Positions 53,102 to 64,000 of a stretch of 64,000 bases of DNA are shown piece by piece. The stretch lies in NCBI GenBank assembly GCA_951406725.2, contig OX597817.1:122388001-122452000 (forward strand). The letters are read 5' to 3'. This DNA comes from Octopus vulgaris. Lineage: Eukaryota. A program made the translations under genes and the position numbers. The stretch's first letter is position 1, and the number at the start of each line of letters is the position of its first letter. Under the pieces are notes generated by a model that was not told the origin of the DNA, searched no databases, and was given only the letters and a program-made list of their open reading frames with translations.

Positions 53102-54454
53102 AGTGTGTGTCTGCATGTATGTGTGTATATATATGTATATATATAAATGATGTATGTGATGTATGTACATACGTATTATGTATACGTGCATATACTATGA
53201 CATATTTCGAAGTTTATGTGATTTATATGGTATAACATGAAATGAAAATGAAAATAACTTTGTTAGAATATATTTGATAAGATGATATAGGAATAAAATA
53301 TGATAATAAAAATCTCCAGTCTCTAAAATATATGCTGTTTTTAGATGACTAAGATTATATATAATACAGATTATCTGTCATAATTGTAAATTAAAGGGGC
53401 ACTTAGAATAAACTTTTGCATATATTATAGCTGGTTTTGATCATAAAACTGAGTCAAATGTACTATAGTGTAACATGAGGTTTTTGCAATTTATGATTCT
53501 TGGTTCTGGCATTGTACTGGTAGTATTAAATCTAACAATCACTATCAGCTTAGTGTTAGTTTTATGTTTGGTAAATGATATGGAATAGTCTTTTACATCT
53601 CAGTGGAATGATCCAGTGAAAACAGAATATCTTTGTTAGAGCCATGTCATGATAGTATAGTCTGTTCACCGGTTGTTGCTGCTTAGCCCTGGGTCATATG
53701 TGATTTAGTAAACATATGATCGAAGGCATACTAGCCATCATCAGTATATCTTTTATTCAAAGATTTGGCAAAGTTTGATGCCACAGGTGTTGCCCAAAGA
53801 AAAAGCAAGTCTTATGCAGGATGACACCAGTGTTCTTGCAGCACTTGCCATCAGAATGCAATGAAGAAGAACAGATATCACAAAACATTCTATCAGCATC
53901 CTAACATTCCACCAACCCATGGTTTATGACTAGCACTTTATTTTATTGACCCCTTTTCCACCCAAAAGGATGGAAGTTATAGCTGACCTTGGCAGAACTT
54001 GAATTTTGAGTGCAATGAACCACAACAAATTCCACTGGCATTTCACTTAATATTATCTCTCATACTCTCATCACCATCCTCCATAGAGCTGGAACCTTGA
54101 TAGAATGCACCAATACATTCTATTAAATATGTAGCGGAGAGGTTTTGCTAGTCTTGTTGAAGATATGATAAGTTCCATTGAGCTGGCGCCATGAATAAGT
54201 GCACCTTGTATGTCTATAAAGCTGTTGATGATTGGGAGGGTAACCACACATAGAAATCAAGCCAAAAATTAAATTTACATCTGAGACAAGAGCCTCTGAC
54301 ACACCTAAGAACATAGCAATAAATAATCCATCCCATGTCAGCATGGAAAATTGATGTAAAGGGATGATGATGATGATGATGATGATGATGACTTTATCCT
54401 ATGTTCTAAGGACTCTGCCAACTTCTATGAAATAACATCTGCATAAGCACGTTA

Positions 54455-54636
54455 AAAGGCATGTAAAAGCACCCACTACACTCACGGAGTGGTTGGCTTT
54501 AGGTAGGGCATCCAGCTGTAGAAACACGGCCAGATCAGACTTGAGCCTGGTGCAGCCTCCTGGCTTCCCAGACCCTGGTCGAACCATCTAACCCATGCTA
54601 GCATGGAAAACGGACGTTAAATGATGATGATGATGA
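54455..54636 (+). mobile_element. Family C RTE-tailed short retroposon
   Basis: ggcatgtaaaagcacccactacactcacggagtggttggc...(GAT)n. An older copy lies just upstream at ~54200-54390. Confidence 0.85.
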
Positions 54637-55263
54637 TAAATAGAAAATTTCAGGATGTGCAAAATAGATTTAAGTGGTTGAAATAAAAATACAGATGACC
54701 ATATATAATATTGAGAAGACTCCTATGAAAGATGTTCTATGTAGTGTCTGGACCTGTTAGAATTAGTAGCCACATTTCTTTCAGTGATTACCTCCCAATC
54801 ATCTTAAAATTCTTTAATATCTCCGATAATGTGGTCCTGTACATTACAAATAATATGCTAGAAAAGAAGACCAAGAGGTCAAAGTTTGAATGCTGATCAA
54901 ATGATATAAATTTCACACTGCTAGAACAAAAGATCTGCAGGTCATTCCTAATTGTTTTACCAACTCACTGCTTGATCTGAGCTCATCTAGGTCTACACAA
55001 CATAAACACTGCCAGAAACAAGCAACTGTGTAAGAAATCAATATAAATCCAAGAAGAGATAATAACAATAATAATAAATTCATTGAAAGAAAAAAAATGG
55101 AAACATCATTTTCTGTAGCAGGATCCAAATTTGTCAGTTGTAATTGTAATTCATGGAAAATCATTCATTATTATTATTTTCATAATTATTATTCTTATTA
55201 TTTTTATTCTGGTCAAGAAAATAAAATGAAATAAGAAACACATAGAAAGGTATAACACTTGTA

Positions 55264-55314
<51 letters not shown>

Positions 55315-55625
55315 TATCCATTGTTCTAAATCAAAAGAGTTATTCTTTGACTCTTAGTATAAAATAAGAGTAAAAAATATTACCGCAAATACTGTAGAAA
55401 GTTTGAAAATAATAAATATACCTCATATTGGAACTTAATCAACTTGAAATTTATTACATATATAAATATATGTGTGTGTGTGTATGTGTGTCTATGTGTA
55501 CGTTTATTAAATGCGCATACTGGATTTACAATATTTTGCTAAACTCAATATCTCACTAAATACCTTTTTTTATTGTATTATCATTTTTTGTTCTGTTTTA
55601 TTTTTCTTTCTTTTCATTATTATTA

Positions 55626-55681
<56 letters not shown>

Positions 55682-58033
55682 GTTTAAACATATTGATTTT
55701 GCCATAACCGTTTTTAATGCAGTATTGTTTGCACGTTTTTGTTATTTATGTCTGCAAATTAGTTATTTATAGTATTTGCTTTAAAATTTTATATTTTTTA
55801 TGTAAATATCTTGCCTCTTGTTTTCATTATAAGCTTACATTTTCTATTTTATATCCTGTATATTTTTAAATCTTCTTAGTAAATTATTTTCATTTAACTT
55901 CATATCTATTATTTTGCTATACCAAATATTGTTTCAAATTTCACTGAATAACAATAAAAATAAAAAGTTAAAATATACAAAAATTATTCCAGACTTAATT
56001 TCTCTTGAAGCAGTTCTATATTTTTATAAAATTTATTTACATGAGCTTCATTGTTTGTTACAGAGCACAAAATATCTACAAACCCTGTTTTTTTTTTTAG
56101 TGTAAATGGATTTTTAATTGACTTTTTTTTTTTTCAAATATTTTCTGAATATTTTCTTGGTATTAATAATGGGATCGCTTATTTCTTTCTTTGATATTTA
56201 CATTATAATTCTCACCCTTGAGACAACAAGAGAATCAGAATTTAAAATAAAAGAAAAAAACACATAGAAAAAAAATTAAACAACATATACATCACCACCA
56301 ATATATACAGTATAGTAAATATATTTAGTTTGAAGTTTTTAATATGGGACTGAAAGTATATGAAAATAATGGCTATATAAAGACTCATTATAACAATGTG
56401 AATTTCTAAATTTTAGACAATCACTTGTTTGCTATTTCATATAAGATATAAAAAGATTAGTTTCCAAATAGCTGTTGTTTAAGAAGTCCTAGTACCTTCC
56501 TCAGTGTATTGTGTATTGTATTGTTTGTTAAGTAAACTACAGTACACATACAATAATGAATAGAATAAAGAGATGCCTCTCATTGTATAAAGAGAATAAC
56601 AGGCAAGCAGAGACATAAGGACAAGAAGTCCCTTTAGTCATGTCATGGATACATACAAGTACCTCCATAGTGCTGATGTCACAAAACACAAACACACACA
56701 CACACACACACACACAGTACACGTCCTAAAATGGATGGTTGGTTAGTTGGCTAGTTGGTAGGTTGGTTGGTTGTTTGGTTGGTTGATTGGTTGGTTGGTG
56801 TTAGGAAAGGCATCCAGGTACAGAAAACAAGCAAAAATATGAAACTCACAAATGCGATCAATTCTCTGATCAGTTTAGGTGAGCAAGCACTCTTGAAATT
56901 TGGGCCTGATTGTCGCTGTGGCAACTCATCCAACCTATGCAAGCATGGAAAGTGGGCATAAAGAGATGATAATGACAAGGATGGTGATGAGAATGAACAA
57001 GAGTATAACATCTGACTTAAACCAGGGAGTGAGCCATCAAGAGAAACATGGAGACAACTTGCTGGGGCTGCCTTCTGGAGCCTAGCAGCAGGTATTTAAA
57101 GGGAAAAGTTTGACAAGTCAGTCGCTGGCTGACACTCATTGACACTACACCAAAGAGGCCAGGGAACAGAAGAAAGAAGAAAGAAAGAAGACATGCACCC
57201 AACACCAGAGCTGAAGACACCTCTGAAAGGGGGGGGAACCCGCCACGTCAAAACAGTAGAGGAGTAGGGGCCGAAACTGGACTTGGTTCCTCCTAATGAT
57301 GTCTTGAGCTAACTGGACCCTATAAAGGAGCTGTTGTCGTAGCAGACCACGAAACATGGTTGTAATTCCAACGAAGGGGGAAAATGAAGTAATTCTAAGA
57401 GTAACATTCTAGAAAAGAAAATCAGATTGTTATGGGTTGAGCCAGATTAACTTTATGTTCATTACTTATACAACAACTAATCTGGATGTTAAATATAAGT
57501 GCTTATACGTCTGCCAGAGTGCCATAGGTTTCATCAATCTGTGATGAACTGAATCTAAACTATAATGATTCTATTGGGAACAAATGACCAAAAAGAAATC
57601 AATATAAGTAACAGAGGAAACCATAATGATAATATGAAATCAGAAAAATTGATGTTAGAAAGAAGAGGGGAAAACTACATTATAGAACATAGAGGAAATA
57701 TTACAAACATTGGTGTAAATAATATGAATCATCGAATAACATTGATTTAACTGACATTTTTTTTTAGTTTTGACAATCTATAATTTTAATTCTAAGATTT
57801 ATGACTTAAAAATATTCAGTCTCCATTTTAAAAGCTGTTAAATTTGAGGGATTTGGCATTAACATTGTGTAGATTTATTGATATCATAGAATCTATCCTG
57901 CTGATTTATACTCCTTAATTCTGTTCCTCTTCTTTGTCTGTTATCATAAATAATTTACATTTTCAGTGAAACTTATCTAAAGGAAGAAAGGGTAAGAAAA
58001 ATTTTCATTTAAATATCACTTCAAAGACTCATA

Positions 58034-58035
<2 letters not shown>

Positions 58036-58102
<67 letters not shown>
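58036..58102. repeat. (TA)n microsatellite
   Basis: Perfect dinucleotide run. Similar long runs occur at ~46115 and ~63100. Confidence 0.95.
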
Positions 58103-58105
<3 letters not shown>

Positions 58106-58127
58106 AAATATGACAGCAATAGAACAA

Positions 58128-58580
58128 ATGTAGACACAGCTGTGTGGATAAGAAGTTCACTTCCCAACACTGTGATGTGAGGTATCTTGGGCAAATATCT
58201 TCACCTATAGCCTCAGGTCAACCAAAGATTGACATGGAAACAAAAAGAATCCCACTGTACACACACGCGCGCATGCACACACACACACACACACACACAA
58301 TGTATGCATATATGATGCATATATGAATGAATGGATGTGTACACGAATGTGTGTTTGTCCCCTTGTCTTGACATTGCATGATAATTGTAAAGGTATGATA
58401 CTTTCATATTAGCTGTCTCCTTAGTTTCCAGTATTCTGCGAAAATATGACCACCCATGAGGAAATAATACCTTACATGGATGGAGGGGAAAGCTGGTAAC
58501 TGGAAGGGTATCAGGCTGAAGAAAATCGTCTTCAACGAATTTCATCTGATCAATGTGATGATGTTGATGATGACGATGAC
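58128..58580 (+). mobile_element. SINE with family A head and RTE-type tail, degenerate
   Basis: gctgtgtggataag...tcttgggcaaat...ctggaagggtatc...(GAT)n. Confidence 0.65.
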
Positions 58581-58769
58581 TTCATGTGAATCTTTATTTA
58601 TACAAAGCAGACACAATTTGAAAAGTACTCAGCTCAGAGATTTTAAGTTTGAAATCGTTTTAATGATGTTCTATTCATTCTCTTTCTGATAATTTCTGTT
58701 TATACAGCTTTGTTACTCAGAATTAACAATTCATTTTCCAATTAGTAAGTTTTCTGTAAACTGCATCAC

Positions 58770-59079
58770 ACTTAGTTAGTTAGTTAGTTAATTTTTGGCT
58801 CAAAAAGCAAAAAGCAAGGCCATGTAGGGGGACATGGAGTTATGTACAGGGTGGTGTTCATGTAAAGAGTTCAGGCCAATTGTGGTCAAGGGAGACTTTG
58901 AACCGAGCGGTCGTCGGCATCTTCACCATCTCGTCTGGCAGCTTATTCCACGGATCCGCAACCTGGACGGAGAAAGCCCATCTCCTTTGATTGAGACGAA
59001 ATCGTTGCAGATAGAGCTTATCGGAGTGACCCTGCAGCCGACACTCTGGAGCAGGAGTGAAGAACAGCTCTTTCGAAAC
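58770..59079 (-). mobile_element. CR1-type LINE 3' end, second family, (CTAA)n tail
   Basis: Minus-strand open frame VSKELFF...LQGHSDKL...RRWAFSVQVADPWNKLPDEMVK..TTARFKVSLD...FT*, stop at 58858-58860. CpG-rich. Confidence 0.9.
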
Positions 59080-59357
59080 AATCGATTCAAGCTGTTTTCA
59101 TTGTATATCATACAATGGAAAGAAGACTAGAAAGAGGAATACATCTGGAAAGTTATCCTTACTGAGTTCTCAAACATTTTTATTCATTTGTTGGCAGTAT
59201 GGTTGGAAGCAATATTTTTACATGGAATACTTTTTGTGTACGTTTTTTTTTTCTTTTTTTCAATGTTTAATACAAACTTAGCTTCTGGTCTTTAGAAGAC
59301 ACATTTTTGTTGCAAAATTTAAGAAATTGAATGTTTACTGGCATACTTGTAACTTGT

Positions 59358-59768
59358 AGGCTTAGGAGTGTCTGTGTGGTTAGTAGCTTGCTTAGCAACC
59401 ACATGGTTCTGGGTTCAGTCCCACTGCATGGCACATTGGGCAAGTATCTTCTATAGCCTCGGGCTGACCAAAGCCTTGTGAGTGGATTTGGTAGATGGAA
59501 ACTGAAAGAAGCCCAACGTATATATGTATATACATATATATGTGTGTGTGTATATGTTTGTGTGTCAGTGTGCTTGTCCCCCCAACATCGCTTGACAACT
59601 GATGCTGGTGTGTTTACGTCCCTGTAACTTAGTGGTTCAGCAAAGGAGACCAATAGAATAAGTATTAGGCTTACAAAGAATAAGTCCTGGGGTCGATTTG
59701 TTCGACTAAAGGTGGTGCTCCAGTATGGCCACAGTCACATGACTGAAACAAGTAAAAGAGAAAAGAGT
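59358..59768 (+). mobile_element. SINE family A, full length
   Basis: Head, microsatellite and tail all present. Confidence 0.9.
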
Positions 59769-59834
59769 ATACTACAGAAACATAGACTGAAATAACAATA
59801 ACAGCAACAACAACATCCTCATCATCAACAACAA

Positions 59835-60400
59835 CAATAATCCTTTGTACAAGAGTACAAGGCCTGAAATTTGATTGGCGGGGGTAAATTGATTACATGA
59901 TCCAGTGTTTTACTGGTACTTAATTTATCAACCCCGAAAGGATGAAAGGTAGAGTTGATTTCAGTGGAATTTGAACTCAGAATGTAAAGATAGACGAAAT
60001 GCTGCAAAGCATTTTGCCTGTCATGCTAACAATTCTGCCAGCATGCCGCCTTTTCAACAACAACAACAATAATAAAGAACTTGGTGGGGAAGATAAGATT
60101 GTCAAAGTAGTAGATAAATAAAGACATCACCATTCTTTAGGACTTAAGTATTCAAAGCGATCAATTTATTCTGGTTAATTGTCCAGATGCTAAATTTGAA
60201 CTCAGAATGTAAGAATGATTCTGCCTGGCTCGAGGCCAGCAACTTCAAGGGAGGGGTTACATTAATTATGTTGACTCCAGTGGTCAACTGGTAATTATTT
60301 TATTAACCCTGAGAGGATGAAAGGCAAATTCAACCTAGATGGACAAAATGCTGCTAAGCATTTTGCCCAACTTGCTAAGGATTCCGCCAGCTTGCCACTT
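59835..60400 (-). mobile_element. Family B SINE copies (59835-60050 and ~60190-60400)
   Basis: actggtacttaatttatcaaccccgaaaggatgaaagg...gaatttgaactcagaa. Confidence 0.8.
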
Positions 60401-61114
60401 TAATAATAATATTTCAACTAAAATAAATACAAAAATAATCCATCATTATTTGGCAAAATAGTGGAATTTGTATTTGAAACTCCTGTCTTATCTCTCCAAC
60501 TGTAATCATTTGACTTCAAATCTCTTTCAACGTAGTATGAGTGCATCAGTAATCATAAGAATTCTCTTTTAATCTGGTTATATTAAGTTGAATACAAAAT
60601 AATATCTGAAATATCATGTCTTTTGTATTCACAATCTTTACTAAAAAAATATATAAAAAAAAAAAGAAAAGCAAAAAAAAAAAAAACAAAAAAAAAGATT
60701 ATAATGGTAGCGTTACAGATATTTATAAGCGGATATTAAATTCAAAGGATCTGATAACTGGTATAAAAGCAACTTCACAAAAATGAATATATCCATTCAG
60801 AAAAATAGTAAAAGGAAAAAAAAGAGGAAGGAAAAATCTTTGTTATGATTTTGTCATTGTGTTCCACAGGATAAAATGGTTTTGGTTTTTATCCATTTTT
60901 TCTTTTTAAAAAAGTAGCCATGAAATGCAAGATATTTAGGAACTTCAAAATGAAAATAGTAGCAATCATACCATCCCTAAGGGCCTTAGTAGCATAAGTG
61001 AAGTGTCCAATGTTCCATAGTGAGGTGTGTTCTTTAATTTATTGCCTAGATGTAATAGCACTGAAGTTTTTGCTGTCATGTAAATTTATCAAAGGAAACT
61101 CTGGACATTGTAAT

Positions 61115-61619
61115 ATAATGGGGTTTTTTTTATCACTTTTTTTTTACTTATGGGTCTCTTTGATTACTATTTTGCTCTTAAGGACCCCCATAGCGTCTCA
61201 ATTCTTTAAAAAATACTAATTTAAAAGATAACACTGTAAAGTGGTTGGTGCTCAGAAGGGCATCCAGCTGTAAGAATCTTGCCATAACAGTCACAGAAGT
61301 TTGGTGCAGGCTTCAGCCTGGCCAGTTCTTGTGGTACTGTCCCACCCATGCTAGCATGGAACGCAGACATTGAATGATGATGATGATGATGACTACTTTC
61401 AAAATTCCTATTTTTGTTTATTGTACATTCCCTTGTACATTCCCGTAGGCTGAACTACGCAAAGAACTAGACAAAAAAAAAATGGCTGTTTCTTCCAATA
61501 AATACATTCAAAACCAAACTTTTTCATGGACCCTTAATATACTACCATGCATCTCCAGTTTACTATTTTGTTTGAGTGGGCCCCGAAAATCTTATGTAGA
61601 CCTTCGTTGAGAACCACTG
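61115..61619. mobile_element. hAT-like non-autonomous remnant with a family C insertion (61236-61392)
   Basis: Right end gttgagaaccactg|atcta is a Charlie-type TIR, with internal ggaccc subrepeats. The left end is uncertain. Confidence 0.55.
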
Positions 61620-61834
61620 ATCTAATAGGTATTCATCTAGTGCTATGGACGTCATCACCACCACTGCCACCACCACCACTTCCACCCCTTTACATCTACT
61701 TTCCATACTGGCATAGGATGGATGAATCAGTGCTATGTTCTTAGATGGGTCAGAGGAACATCATTATCTCACCATCACTGTTCCATGCTCAGTTTTTCAT
61801 GGAAATTTGGCAAGGCAAGTTTTCTACAGCCAAA

Positions 61835-61938
61835 AGTACCAGTTACGCACTGGGGGTGATATAATTGACTTAATCCATTTGTTTGTCCTTGTTTGTCCCC
61901 TCTGTGTGTAGCCCCTTGTGGGCAATAAAGAAATAAGA
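61835..61938 (+). mobile_element. 5'-truncated family B SINE
   Basis: aagtaccagttacgcactgggg...gccccttgtgggcaataaagaaata. Confidence 0.85.
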
Positions 61939-62054
61939 TTGGAAACAAAGGAAAGTAACATTCAAGAGAAGGAAACACTAGCACATGCACACACATATAC
62001 ATACATACACACACACACATACACATATACACATACATCTTTATGTTTGTGAAG

Positions 62055-62340
62055 GAATGTGGCTTAGTGGTTTGGGTATTCGACTCATGATTGCATGGGT
62101 GTGAGTTTGATTCCAGTTAGCACATTGTGTTCTTGAGCAGGACATTTCACTTCACATTGCTGCAGTCCACTCAGCTGGAAAAAATGAGCAGTACCTGTAT
62201 TTAAAAAGGCCAGGCTTGTCACATCTGTGTCACACTGAATCTCCCTGAGAACTAAGTTAAGTGGACTGCTCAGTCACTTACACATGAATTTCATGAGCAG
62301 GCTGTTCTCTTGGTCAGATCAACTGACCAAGTGCCAGTTT
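62055..62340 (+). mobile_element. SINE family D
   Basis: A-box tggcttagtggtt, B-box-like gagtttgattcc and core gtgttcttgagcaggaca...cagtccactcagctg. Confidence 0.75.
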
Positions 62341-62704
62341 ATATATGTATATGTTGAGGTTCGTTAGCTTCTGTCTTCTAAATCCATGCATAAGGTTTGG
62401 TCAGCCCATAGTTTTAGTAGAAGGCAATTGCCGAATGTGCAAGACAATGGGACCGAACCTGAGACCATGTGGTTAGGACCTAAACTTCTTACCACACAAC
62501 TATGCCTGAAATAAGTTCAATCAAAGAAGCCTATTTTCAAATATAGAGCACAATATATGACACAAGGGAAGAGTTTTATGTTTCTATACTTAAAAACTTG
62601 CAGAATGACCATTTCAGACTTAGAATATTATCAACAGCAATTGATAATAACCTAAGATCAAACAATGGATGTGCCATACTAATATATATGCATGCGTATG
62701 TATG

Positions 62705-62756
<52 letters not shown>

Positions 62757-63071
62757 TATACACAAATGTCGAACAATGAGAATGAATGCACAACACGGCA
62801 TTGGCAGATAAAGATATTTATTTGCATATTAAGGCTGCCATTGGTTTCATGTTATGAAAATATCTCAACAATTTTTTATTCAATCACATGTTCATCTCCA
62901 TTTTGGATTAAAACACTTGTTTTACCCCAAAATGGAGAAGACGAACACCAATTTCTCCAGATGATTGGATTAAAAAAATCATTAAGATATTTGTATATAT
63001 GACATCAATGGTAGCCTTAATACATAAATAATGTATATGTATATATATATATATATATATACATACATACA

Positions 63072-63222
<151 letters not shown>

Positions 63223-63339
63223 TTGTTCAGAGAGACAAAACTAATCTACAAACACTGGTTAGAGAAAATTATAGAGCCTCCCAAAAAACTGTTGTTGGGA
63301 AGTGGATGAAAGTGGTAAATACACCCCACATAAATGAAG

Positions 63340-63525
63340 TGGCAAGCTGGAGGGCAGAAGCACCAGACCCCAGTCGTCTGTTTTGGCGTGGTTTCTACAG
63401 CTGGATGCCCTTCTAAACACCAAACACTCTACAAGGTGTACTGAATGCTTTTGTACATGGCACTTTCCAACCCATGCCAGCGTGGAAAACAAATGTTTGA
63501 GAATGATGATGATGATGATGATGAT
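63340..63525 (+). mobile_element. Family C retroposon with inverted 5' segment
   Basis: 63340-63463 is family C body in minus orientation. 63465-63525 is the tail in plus orientation. Confidence 0.65.
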
Positions 63526-63796
63526 ATACATCTATCTGTTTGTGACTATGCTTATACTTGTACTGCTTAACTAGTGCCATGCTTATGTTGCGTATTTCTT
63601 ATGTCACATGACATGACAATTCAGCAAACAGGAATTGATAAAATAGATACAAGTTCAAAATAAGTACTGAAGCTGAAAGTTTTTGACTAGATATACATGG
63701 AAGTGGTACCCCACGTTCTGATAATTGAAATACATGAAACCAGTATATGACTAAAAAGAAGTTGTTATTGCCATTGGTATTGGTGGTGAGTTAGTA

Positions 63797-63905
63797 AAAT
63801 CATCATCATCATCATCATCATCGTTTAACGTCCGTTCTCCATGCTAGCATGGGTTGGACAGTTCGACCGGGGATCTGGGAAGTCAGAAGGCTGCACCAGG
63901 CTCCG
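63797..63905 (-). mobile_element. Family C tail, 5'-truncated
   Basis: (ATC)n gtttaacgtccgttctccatgctagcatgggttggac. Confidence 0.85.
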
Positions 63906-64000
63906 GTCTTATGATAAGAATAATATGTGGAATAGGAAATACAAAAAGAATCCAAAGATATTCACAAGGAAATATGTGCATAAGTATGAAGGAGAATGTA

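Overview
This is AT-rich, microsatellite-dense eukaryotic non-coding DNA. The SINE families look like those of an octopod cephalopod (Octopus-like); that assignment is recognition from memory, not a database search. I found no intact protein-coding gene, and almost all ORFs in the track are microsatellite or SINE read-throughs. The window is a mosaic of tRNA-headed SINEs (labelled families A, B and D here) and RTE-tailed retroposons (family C). It also holds two CR1-type LINE 3' ends, a decayed mariner transposase, a decayed Penelope-like (PLE) reverse transcriptase interrupted by a non-autonomous Helitron, and hAT-like and TTAA/piggyBac-like MITEs. The most notable signal is a set of short, mostly fold-back (inverted-repeat) elements in or beside TA microsatellites. 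They belong to at least five unrelated sequence families, yet each carries a minimal type-I hammerhead-ribozyme-like motif, and one family has a compensatory G3:C8 core (GUGAACA). These are probably non-autonomous PLE derivatives. Ribozyme activity cannot be shown from sequence, and several copies are clearly decayed. Coordinates of old repeats are approximate.
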